Positions 42,814 through 57,627 of a stretch of 64,000 bases of DNA are shown piece after piece; position 1 is the first letter of the stretch, and each line of letters starts with the position of its first letter. Origin of the DNA: Eledone cirrhosa (taxonomy: Eukaryota). Position numbers and translations under genes: made by a program. The DNA lies in contig OZ024743.1 in assembly GCA_964016885.1 (NCBI GenBank), positions 165,478,001 through 165,542,000 on the forward strand, given 5' to 3'. Under the pieces are notes generated by a model, which was given only the letters and a program-made list of their open reading frames with translations, was not told the DNA's origin and did not search any database.

Positions 42814-44544
42814 TTGCATGACAATATTAATACCACAAACAAAGACACAACAAACACAAAAATAACATTTGAAAACAACATCATAACAGAAAGCAAAGCA
42901 GACGACAAAGTCAACACCAATAATATTTCAATTGCACAAACAACAAAGAAATCTTTGACATATATACCTGAAAATATTTCAGATGTGGCACAAAGAATTA
43001 TAAACGCCAAACAATACATAACTCAAGGGGAAAATAGTATTTTATCGGTAAAAATGCCTCAAGAACTCACCAAAGACATTGAAAGTCGGACGGTCGTTTT
43101 CCGTACCATCAACAACATTTCTAAAAAACCTCAACAGCCAACACAAACAGAAATCAAAGCAGTACTTACAGAAGTACTTAATGAAACCACTTTCATAAGA
43201 AGAGACAGACTGTATGGAAGCCTAGCGATTATTATGAAGAACCAATCGGCGGCAAAAAAATGTGCTTTGTCGCCGATTCGTTCGACAAATTTTACCTTTT
43301 ATCCATCTTATATGGGTAAAAGAACTCAGCGCATATGGCTGGATGCAATGATGCCAGATGTGGACTACTGCTGGCTCATAGCTGGCTTCATCGATCCAGC
43401 GAATGACAACGTGATTTCCATTGGGAAAACCACAGGCAATGCGTTCAGTGGAACAGGTATAGAACTTGTAGTGCAAATGAAGCCTGAACGTATCGCCCAA
43501 ATACCCGATAGAATCCTATTAGAGGGCCACGGGTATATAAACATTAGCGTGGAGGGGAGAAGGCCGTCCTGTCATATCTGTGCAGGCAGAGGGCACCTGA
43601 AGGCGGCTTGTCCCCAACTCAACAAAAAGAAAACCCTGCTACCAACACCACAACAGATAAACAAACAACAAAACTCAGTCCCACCCAACCCGTCCCTCAG
43701 TAAAACTACACCACCACCACAACACAAACAGTCACAACACATTACCCAAAAACAAAACACAGTCCCACCCAACCCCTCACTCAATAAAACAACACAACCA
43801 CCGCAGCCACAACACACAACACAGTCTAACATAGTGACATCCATCTCCCCCACAAAGAAAACCAACACGGAAACATTACCAGCAAACATACCTCTTCCCT
43901 CCAACACTGAAGATAACCCAACGAATTCGGAGGACGAAACGGAGTCCTTCAGACAGATTAAAAGGAAAAAAAGAAAACATGTGCAAAACACACAAGGCCA
44001 AACAACCCCTACCCAAATGTCAACACAATCCAACAAAACACAAAACACCCCTCCAGCTACAAACAAAACCAAACCTGCCCCTCCCCTCTTCGAAACACTC
44101 ACACCATCCGAAAAAAAGACATTACACTATACTTACATCAACAGAAACAATAATAAATTAAATGAACTCATAAACAATAATCCTTCGGTACAAACCGAAG
44201 GTGTAAACTTTGTTTCTTCAGAAAACTACCCACATTTAAAATTAATAAAGATCCCAATGAACCTCTACCAAAAACTAAAAAAGGATTTTAAGGAGGACGT
44301 AGGACCACCCCCTGTCAAACCCATAAACAGCGTCCTACTAAAAATCTTTCCCCCTCCCCTTCCCCTCCCCAACACAACTCCAAACACCCCAACCCCACCA
44401 CACACTGACGACCCCACACCACCACAAGACACCCCTTCACCCAACACCCCCGACCCCATGGAAGTCGTGCGACCCGAACCCCGGGAGCAGAAAGGTAGGT
44501 CTCTACACTCTCCTTTGGCTTTGCCGCCCACATGGATGTGTTAA
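42814..44544 (+). CDS. Tx1 ORF1 (gag-like, CCHC knuckle), 576 aa open
   Basis: It contains CHICAGRGHLKAAC, a basic NLS-like KRKKRK and a Pro/Thr-rich linker. The true start codon is uncertain. Confidence 0.85.
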   Translation: MHDNINTTNKDTTNTKITFENNIITESKADDKVNTNNISIAQTTKKSLTYIPENISDVAQRIINAKQYITQGENSILSVKMPQELTKDIESRTVVFRTINNISKKPQQPTQTEIKAVLTEVLNETTFIRRDRLYGSLAIIMKNQSAAKKCALSPIRSTNFTFYPSYMGKRTQRIWLDAMMPDVDYCWLIAGFIDPANDNVISIGKTTGNAFSGTGIELVVQMKPERIAQIPDRILLEGHGYINISVEGRRPSCHICAGRGHLKAACPQLNKKKTLLPTPQQINKQQNSVPPNPSLSKTTPPPQHKQSQHITQKQNTVPPNPSLNKTTQPPQPQHTTQSNIVTSISPTKKTNTETLPANIPLPSNTEDNPTNSEDETESFRQIKRKKRKHVQNTQGQTTPTQMSTQSNKTQNTPPATNKTKPAPPLFETLTPSEKKTLHYTYINRNNNKLNELINNNPSVQTEGVNFVSSENYPHLKLIKIPMNLYQKLKKDFKEDVGPPPVKPINSVLLKIFPPPLPLPNTTPNTPTPPHTDDPTPPQDTPSPNTPDPMEVVRPEPREQKGRSLHSPLALPPTWMC

Positions 44545-47500
44545 GAGTAGGATGTTTGAATGCACGTGGCCTGGGCTCAACTTGGAAGCAAGCAAAGCTT
44601 CTAAATGACCCCAGATCACGTAATGGTTATCTGTGAGACTCGGATCAGCGTCGTGCGGCAGCTGGCCCCTACCTTCGATGACTTTGAGGTGCATGCATCT
44701 CTCTGTCAACCTGGAGGTGGGGGGGGGGTTGTCGTACTGCTGGAAAAACACCTGGGTCTCGCCTTACAGGTTGTTCACTCGGACCCGGAGGGTCGTTTGT
44801 TGGTGCTAGACGTTGGCAGTAGTGAAGGTGCGGCCTTGAGACTGGTTGCCGTCTACTCCCCTTTCGGAGCTGAACGGCCCGACTTCTTCCAGCGTTTGGA
44901 GACTTTTCTGGGAACGTCGCGTTCCCTGCTTCTAGCGGGGGATTGGAATGACATCCTAGATGCACGTTGGGACTATGCAGGAGCATGTCCTAATAGAGGG
45001 GGGTGTAACAGCCTCAAGGGGTTACTCGACCGTTTTAACTTGGTCGATAGATATCGACTAGATTTTCCAACTGTGCCAACCTGGACTTGGACGAACCACA
45101 GTGGTCAATCTAGATCGTACTTAGATAGATTCTTAGTTAGAAGTAGGGATAGGGACATATTAAGCTGTCCAGAAATGCTCACGGTTGGCTATACGGATCA
45201 CAAATTAGTGACCTGCGTAGTCAATCTCGAGAAAACACATAAACAGGGTCCCGGTTACTGGAAACTTAATTTGTCTTTACCGGCAAAAGAGACTTACAGA
45301 AACTGGATTAGCAGATTAGTTAAGGAGAGGTTGACGGGTCCAATCGTCAACAACCGATGGTGAGCATCTCTCAAAAGAGAGATTAGAACAGAATCAATAA
45401 GTTATAGCAAGATGTTAGCTGCCGATAGGAATAGAAACGAGAAAGAATTAACAGGTAAATTAGAAGAGGCAATCAAGAGCGAAGATGTGGCCAGAGTGCT
45501 GGCATCGAGGACGGTCTTGAACCAGGCTGCGTCATTCGAAGTAAAATACGTGCTCTAGGTAATGAGGGGGCCAAAGCCGTTGGCTGGGCCCGCGTGACAG
45601 AAGCTAAGAGTGTAAATCGATCCACCATCCGGTCTTTGCAAGACGAGGATGGACGGGTGATCCGGGAGCCTAAGCAGATGTGCGAGGCCTTTCAAAGGCA
45701 CTTTGCCCGATTATTCGGGGGAGGCGAGGGGCCGGGCGGGGACGTGGATTTCGGTCCATACCTCGACGGCCTGCCGCGTCTCTCGAGCGAAGAGGCAGAG
45801 TCCTGCGAGGGACCAATCTCGGCTGATGAGATCGGGGATGCGCTGAGCCAATGCAGCAGACGCAAATCTCCAGGTCTCGATGGTATACCTTACGAACTTT
45901 ATTTAGCAATGCCGGTCTTCTTCTCCGAACTCCTCGAAGCGGTCTACTGCAATTGGCAGCAGAACGGGAGAATTCCTTGTTCTGTAGCCAAGGGCGTAGT
46001 CTCGATGGTGAGGAAGGACGAGAACAAGGGAGATAGTATAAATAATTTTCGGCCCATAACCCTGCTAAACACAGAGTTAAAGATTTTGGCCAAGGTGTTA
46101 GCAAAGAGGTTGGCGCTTGTCGTGGGTGGCCTGGTGGGAGATGCGCAGACATGTGCTATCCCATCCAGGTCCATTCACGATAACCTCCACCTCATGCGAT
46201 ACATCATAGAGAGGGTTGGAAACAAACCCGGATTCGGTGGGGCCCTGATCAACTTGGATCAGTCTAAGGCCTTCGATAGGGTCGACCATGGTTACCTGGA
46301 TGCGGTGCTAGCGGCGGCTGGGTTCGGTCCTGTTTTCAGAGGCTGGATCACTGCCTTACATAGCAACCACATCTGTTCTAGGATCAAGGTGAACGGCTAC
46401 CTTTCGAAGCCGTTCGAAATCACACGATCCATTCGACAGGGGTGCCCTCTCTCCTCCCTTCTGTACGCATTGACTCTCGAGCCTTTACTGAGGAAGTTGG
46501 AGTTGTTGCAGGGTATCCCCCTGGAACCAGGATTGAGCAAAGCGGTGTCGGCCTACGCCGATGACGTAACAGTAATGGTATCGACCGACTCGGAGATCGA
46601 GGCGATCGGTACCTTACTGGAGGATTACGAAAGGTTGTCAGGAGCGAAACTGAACCGGGAAAAATCCATCGGGCTGCAACTCGGAACGTGGAGAGGCAGA
46701 CCGATGCCTCCCGACGGTGTCGTCGGACACTGGACGGAGGGCCCGGTGAAGTTGCTTGGGGTCTGGTTTGGACCGGACCTCCAGGTGGAAAAGAACTGGG
46801 ACGAGGTTACGAACAAGGTGTTTGCACTAACCCAGAAATGGGCCAAGTGTAAGCTGTCCCTAAAAGGTCGGGCGGAGGTGGCGAACATTTACATAGCGTC
46901 CGTCACTTACTACCGCCTGACTGTCGTGCCTTGCCCTAAGGAAACACTCCCCACCACGGAACGCATGCTCTTCCAATTTCTTTGGAAGAAGCGCCCTCCT
47001 ATGGTGAGAAGATCCATCTGCTGCCAACAACCTTCGAAAGGAGGGCTGGGGATGCCGTGGTTGATGAAGCGTAGGCACGCATTAAGGCTACGGCACCTAC
47101 AGGTATTCCTCACTGGTCAACCGGTGTGGGCTCCGTTCGTGAAACGAGCCTTTCCGAGACTCGTCTCGCTCACCGAGCTGCAGTCCTGGGTCAAGCAAAG
47201 ATCCGGAAAACTGGGAGACTGGCACACTGAGTGTGCCCAGGCGCTCAGGGCTCTCTGGCAAGCGGGCCAGGCCATCGGTGGAGAATCCACCTCATCATTC
47301 TATAGAGGGCTGGTGGCTAGCAGGGGCGATGACACCCTTGGAGAATCGCTGGACATGGAAGAGGACGAACTGGCCAGCCTGTTCGGTAGGACTTTCGGCC
47401 CGGGACCAATGGACAACTTCCAGAAGTCACTAGCCTGGCAGTGCTACCGGGGGGCTCTACCCGTTCGAGAGAGGCTCTACAGACACGGGCGCCGAAAAAG

Positions 47501-47920
47501 ATTTGTCCTAGATGCGTGCGTCACGAAGAAACCGTTGCGCACGCATTGGTGCAATGTCCGGGCGTGGCTGATCTGTGGGGCTACGCCGAACGACTGCTGT
47601 CGCGGGTGGCGCCGATTCGATTGACCGCCGAGTCCGTGATGACAATCAAGCCGCCTCCCCTCTTCACAAAGGAAGCAAAGGCGGTTTTTCTGTGCGTAAT
47701 AGCCATGTTGAAAGAGGTTGTTTGGTGGACACGATTGAAAGGTCTGAGGTCAGGCAACTTCCTCTCTGGCCATAGTCTGGTCTACTTCTTCCGATATCAC
47801 TTCGGAAGAAGGATAAGAATGGAGAGAGAGGTGCTTGGCCACAGGCAGTTTTATGAAAGGTGGGTGATAGTGGCGAGAATGGCTCGTGTAAATGGGCCTT
47901 CTCTGTATACCATCCTGTAG
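44532..47920 (+). pseudogene. Tx1 ORF2 (APE endonuclease + reverse transcriptase), disrupted
   Basis: It has MDVLRVGCLNARGL, GDWN, YLDR, KSPGLDG, FRPITLLN, LDQSKAFD, RQGCPLS, YADD and a C-terminal CPRC..H..C, spread over several frames. Confidence 0.92.
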
Positions 47921-48261
47921 GTAAAGCAGTGAAGGAGAGGGGAGCACCTTCTCCATGTGCTCCCCGGGTAAAGAATTGCACACTTTTTCGGGGGTGTGTG
48001 CAACCCCCATCACGTCCCCTCCCTTTTGAGGTTGTTTTCGATTATTTTCATTTTATACCCTTTTTACTCGATTTTATGTAAACTCCCCTTTTGTATTTGT
48101 CCCTTCTTTTTATGCCTTTATGGTAAATAAAGAAATATATCTATCTATCTATCTCTCTATCTATCTCTCCAACAGGGGGCTCAAAGATGCGGTCCGCGAA
48201 CTACTTTTCTATAGCCCGTGGTAGATCCAATATTTCAGATTCCATTATAACTGGCGAAAAT

Positions 48262-48450
48262 AAGGCGGTGAGCTGGTGGAATCGTTAGCACATCCGGGGA
48301 AATGCTTAGCGGTAATTCTTCCGTTTTTACGTTCCGAGTTCAAATTCCGCCTATCTCAACTATGCCTTTCATCCTTTTGGGGTCGACAAATTAAGTACCA
48401 GTTGTGAACGGGGGTCGTAAATTTCATGCCTTGTGCCTATAGTAGAAATG
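48262..48450 (+). mobile_element. tRNA-derived SINE with 18-bp TSD
   Basis: The head is GGCGGTGAGCTGG...GTTCAAATTCC. The TSD ATTATAACTGGYGAAAAT is at 48244 and 48451. Confidence 0.9.
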
Positions 48451-48560
48451 ATTATAACTGGTGAAAATCATCACCCACCACCACGTTTGGCCCACTGTGC
48501 CTCTCCTCCAAGACGTAATGGCCCTTTTATGTCCTTGAGTTTGAGAACCCTCTTCTACAT

Positions 48561-48612
<52 letters not shown>

Positions 48613-48871
48613 TTTACTTTTTTTCTGTCTCTAGACTACGCCCATGCTGGAGCATCACCTTGGTAAGTTATGGGGACGTCAGCAAACCAACAAGCATTGG
48701 TGGGAGGGCAAACACAAACGCAAAGACACACACAGACATATATACATATATACGACGCGCTTATTTTAGTTTCGATTTATCAAATCCACTCATAGGGCCT
48801 TGGTCGGCCTGGGCAGTTGGACTGAACCCAGAAACATATGGTTGGGAAGCAAGCTTCTTGTCACACTGCGC

Positions 48872-48948
<77 letters not shown>

Positions 48949-49170
48949 CGCGTGTTATCAAATTAACAATGAAAATAAAAAGAACAAAGTCAAGTTACTT
49001 TATAACTTTGTTTTTATTTTGTTGTTTTTATTCTTACTGTTAATTTAATACCTAATATCTGACTCTGTATCTAAAGAATTAATTCAGCGAAACAGAACTT
49101 TATGGATTTTACAAGATTACATAGAGTTCTATCTACGGTACGGATCCTACCACCAGAGGTAGACCAGACT

Positions 49171-49300
<130 letters not shown>

Positions 49301-49336
49301 CGTGTGTGCGTGTGTGTGTGTGTATATATATATATA

Positions 49337-49934
49337 TCTTTTGTGAAGTGAAACCGTCGGTAAAAGCAATTGGAATAGGTAAATATTTAAATTATATTTT
49401 TTAATTTATTTTAAAAAAATGTTTGAATCTTGCTTGCTCCGCTTATCTCACTTTTATAGTTCTGGTATGTCAAATTAATACCATAGAACAACCACTGTAT
49501 CATAGACACCCTATATATTTCCAGGGGTACTTAGTACCTGTGGGGATATTAACTCCTTTTAATATTCTCCGTTATGTAGAGAACAAATCTGTTGTTCTAT
49601 TTAGCTGCTATTTTTAGTGGCGAGGTAGACAATGCGTCTATGTTTACCTCCGCTTCTACTATGGGTTCGTTCATGCATAGGTCAAATTTTCGGCCCCATT
49701 CGATCCTGTGCTAGCTGGCAGATGGCAATATATTTTGCCGTTCCTGGGACATTTTGTTCTAGGAAAGGAAAATGCTTTCTGATTATCTAAACGTTTCCAT
49801 TGGAAGTCCCTAGGGATCTCCAATCTTTTGTGAAGTGAAACCGTCGGTAAAAGCAATTGGAATAGGTAAATATTTAAATTATATTTTTTAATTTATTTTA
49901 AAAAATTGTTTGAATCTTGCTTGCTCCGCTTATC
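49337..49934 (+). mobile_element. Retrozyme-like element family C (487-bp monomer plus ~110-bp redundancy)
   Basis: There is a direct repeat with period 487, many hairpins and (TA)n flanks. The HHR-like motif at 49773-49855 is TGCTTT-CTGATTA-...-GAAACCG(T)CGGTA-AAAGCA. Confidence 0.65.
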
Positions 49935-49949
49935 TAAATATATATATAT

Positions 49950-50785
49950 TCAATGTGAGCCACAGTCTCCTCTCTCTCTCCACAGATCCTGCACAGTGGG
50001 CTAGCCTCCTCCTTGTAGATATGGTGCTTCAACCACTTCGTTTTGAGGGCCTGCTCCTGCGCAGCCATTAGCATTCCTTCTGTAGCCTTTTTGAGGTCTC
50101 CTCTTCTCAACCAGTTCCATGTCTGTGGATCTCTAAATTCAGTTTTCTCAAAGAAGGTACTATGAAGGGATTTTCCCTTAAGGCTGCTCTTCCTCCTTGA
50201 TGTTATTTCCTCCTTGGATATCCCCTGGCCTACTGTCCCCTCCTTCAGTACAGCTCTGAGCATTGGCTCCTTACTATAGGTCACGTATTTGTATAGGTTG
50301 TTTTTCTCCATCTGAACACAGTCCTCTATGCTGATAAGACCTCTTCCACCCTCAGATCTCCTTAGGTAGAGTCTATCGACATCACTCCTCTTGTGGAACA
50401 TGTTGTAGATAGTCAATAGCTTCCTAGTCTTCCTATCCATTTCTTTTTGTTCAGCAACATTCCATCTCAGAATTCCCGCACTGTACCTAATAATAGACAC
50501 AGCTCGGGAATTTACTGCGCTTATGGCATTTCTGCTGTTCAGATGTGACTTCAATACGCTCCTTACTCTCCGAATGTATTCAGTTCTTAACAATTCCTTC
50601 ATTTTTTTGTTCTTTATGCCATCAGCCTCCAGAACGCCCAAATACTTGTATCCTTCCTCAGAGTCAATTTCCTTTATCATCTCACCTGTTGGTATCTGGA
50701 TCCCGTTACTTCTGCTCAACCTACCCCTCTTCATCACAATGACTCCACATTTACCAATACCAAACTGCATACATATATCACTGCT
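49950..50785 (-). mobile_element. R4/Dong-like LINE fragment (RT end to CCHC knuckle)
   Basis: It reads MQFGIGKC..YKYLG..RLYLRRSEGGRGL..AAQEQALKT..CRICGEREET. Confidence 0.9.
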
Positions 50786-50800
50786 GAAAATACTATATTA

Positions 50801-54815
<4,015 letters not shown>

Positions 54816-55200
54816 ATGTACGTATGCATGTGTGTATGATTGTATGTATGTATATGTATACACCCACACCTTTCACACCATTGCTTCTATTTCTTGTCGT
54901 TTCTGTTGTTCTTGTAACTGTTGTCGTAGTTGACGTTGTCCCTATTTTCATTTTCTTCGATTACTTTTGCTTTTCTTTTATCTCCCTAGGGAATTCGTTG
55001 ACAAGCTTCTTTTATATATTTCCTTCGTTTTCTTCATTCAAATGCATTCACACTGGCTGTCTCTAAGACGTACAAATGTGGCTGATAAAACGTACCTAAG
55101 TAAATAGCCTTCCAGCTCCCCTAACGCCCCAAAGCTTCAAACGCCCCCCCCCCCCCCCCACGTCACTTGCTCCCCCCCCCCCCCCCCCCTGGAGCTCCGA

Positions 55201-55672
55201 ATTGAAAATTAGAATTGGTGCTCTGAAATAGCGATGTTGAAAAAAAACGTAAGTGACATAGTCACCATTTTAAAATAATAGCGCAAGGTCTTCAAATGGT
55301 TTTAATTAAGCATTCAGTATATTGCCAAATATACTATACATATATTCATGTATACATCGCTATTTCGGAGCAACAATCCTAATTTTCAATTTTTACTGGA
55401 CCGGCAATCGCTCTGTATAATCAGTTCCTGATTATTACTGGAATTCTATAAGAATCTAGCATCTATAATTTTCAACAAACACCGGCGAGTGCTAAGCTCT
55501 GATGATCACCAACAGTATGATGAAACAGATCTGTCAGCTTATCTCCCTTTGTTTGTTGAAAAAAGAAGTAAGTGACTTAGTCATTACTTTAAAATAATAA
55601 TGCAAAGTCTTCAAATTACTTTTAATTAAACATACAGTATATTGCCAAATATACTATACATATATTCATGTA
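55201..55672 (+). mobile_element. Retrozyme-like element family A, copy 2 (319-bp monomer, ~110-bp redundancy, 5' inverted piece)
   Basis: GTAAGTGAC occurs at 55249 and 55568. 55201-55236 is an inverted copy of 55355-55390. It has an internal HHR. Confidence 0.78.
55493..55541 (+). ncRNA. Canonical type I hammerhead ribozyme (GUC site, cleavage predicted after 55535)
   Basis: The motif is TAAGCT-CTGATGA-TCA(CCAACAGTA)TGAT-GAAACAG(AT)CTGTC-AGCTTA, with a 13-bp extension at 55469-55481/55550-55562. Confidence 0.93.
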
Positions 55673-55692
55673 TATATATATATATTTATATA

Positions 55693-55889
55693 TAAAATAT
55701 GTAGTTTAGAAAACCACAACAATGCAGATGGGAAATCTCGAGGTAGGAAGTGAGTGAGAAATAGGAGAAAAGTGAAAATTGAGAGAAACGAAAATGAAAA
55801 CAATTTTCACTTTTCTCCTATTTCTCACTCACTTCCTACCTCGAGATTTCCCATCTGCATTGTTGTGGCTTTCTAAACTACATATTTTA
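55693..55889. repeat. Inverted repeat, 89-bp arms, 19-bp loop
   Basis: The arms 55693-55781 and 55801-55889 differ at about one position and lie in a TA-rich context. Confidence 0.95.
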
Positions 55890-55940
55890 CACATTTCACA
55901 ATGCTTCAAGCAAACTTTAACACCCTCTTATATTTATATA

Positions 55941-56031
<91 letters not shown>

Positions 56032-56499
56032 GTCAAGTGGCCCGAAGGCCAGCCCCTCTCAGGAATGACGGCACCTGAACAAAGGCAGACAGAATGCTTG
56101 TTGGACCTTACAAACAGACTCATCATGGAACAAATGGTGAGAATACCCTGGATCTTTGCTTCACGAATCACTCTACCACCATTCTGTTATGCACGTATAG
56201 GATTTTATGATCGCGACATGACGGTCCGTGTTTTATATCTCTTTGTTCCTTTTTCCTTGTTCTCCGTATGTTTACCTGCTTTTGTATTTATGTATATTCT
56301 TTGTTCTTTTTGTTCCTGTGTTCTCCCTATGTATACCTGCATTTGTATCTATATACCAATATGTATGTTTTTTGTTCCTATATTCACTTGCTACAGCTCG
56401 CTTCCACAGTCTAGCAGTCTTTTTTTGTCGGACGTGGTTGTTACCGTTGTTATTATTAACTGACTACTATTGTGGTTACTAATTATTATTTTGCACTGA

Positions 56500-56655
56500 G
56501 ATTATTGCTGGCTTTGTGCCAAAGGGTAGAAGCGAAGATTATTATTCCCGCCGAGGTCAACTTTGCCTTTCATCCTTACGGGGTCGATAAAATAAAGTAC
56601 CAGTAATGTACTGGTTAATTGCTGGCCTTGTGCCAAAAGTAGAAACAATTATTAT
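56500..56655 (+). mobile_element. SINE tail plus 5'-truncated SINE
   Basis: It has the core and tail of the family at 29950. Confidence 0.8.
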
Positions 56656-57361
56656 TTTAGTACTTTTTAGTACTATTATTACTGTATTTATAGCGACCGG
56701 CACCACCAGGCTTTTTTGTTACCGTCGCCGTCGTGACGGGTTCATTGCTGGTGTTGTTGCTGGAAGTGTTGCCGCTGCCTGGCTATCGGTTATTAGCTGG
56801 GTACTAATATCACTACTACTGCAACGGCCAGTGTGGGCGGTGTTGCTGTTGTTATCGTTGCTGTTGTTGTTGTTGTTGTTGTTGTTGCTGTTGTCTTGAG
56901 TATAGCTGTCATCAAATGTAGAGTTCCGTTTATTGCTGGTGTTGTTGTCGTTGTTACTGTTGTTGTTGTTAGTTGGGTATTACTATCACTGCGACTACAA
57001 CGGTCAATGTAGGCGATGTTGGTCGGTGTTGTTGTTGTCGTCGTTGTTGTTGTTGTCATCAAAATGTGTTTCTCACCCTCCCTCAGAGTTCCGTTTATTG
57101 CTCCCACTATCTGCTGGAATGTAGCTACGCATAGACTGTCGTTTGGTACAGGTCAACACAACACACTTGAGGGGTTACGCTTTTGATAATTTACGACCCT
57201 AATTCCGTGGGGGATGTGTGAATATTGATTTCGATAATTGACACATGGTTAGCACTCCAGAAAACACGACAGCTGGGAAACCTTTTAGGAAATCATGTCT
57301 GCCGGGCGCACGAGCAGAAGGACGTATTTTTCCTGCCGGCGGCATATCACAAAATCGAATT

Positions 57362-57447
57362 TCATCTGAGGATACCGTTCTCATAACAACGACAAATGCA
57401 TGATACATCGTGATTGCATGGAAGAATCGGTGAAATGATTATAATGA
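57362..57447 (+). ncRNA. Type I hammerhead with long stem II (AUA site)
   Basis: The motif is TCAT-CTGAGGA-T-ACCG...CGGT-GAAAT-GATT-ATA-ATGA, with the extension AAATCG/CGATTT. Confidence 0.7.
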
Positions 57448-57506
57448 TAAACGATTTATGTAACATCAGCATCTTTCTGAATCTCCATCGTAACTACAAA
57501 CTACGA

Positions 57507-57563
57507 TGTTGAGAGCTTTCGCCTGTTTGCTCCCGTTTTTACCAAAACAATCTCTTCGGTACA
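57507..57563 (-). ncRNA. Degenerate hammerhead-like motif
   Basis: The motif is TGTA-CCGAAGA-GATTGTTT...AAACAGGC-GAAAG-CT-CTC-AACA. Confidence 0.45.
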
Positions 57564-57592
57564 AATAGATAGATATATTTCTTTATTTTTTT

Positions 57593-57627
<35 letters not shown>

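Larger units (their letters stand above)
42350..48170 (+). mobile_element. Near-full-length Tx1-clade LINE in (ATCT)n
   Basis: It has a 5'UTR, an open ORF1, an ORF2 with APE and RT broken by a few frameshifts and stops, and the 3' end AATAAAGAAATAT(ATCT)n. Confidence 0.95.
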
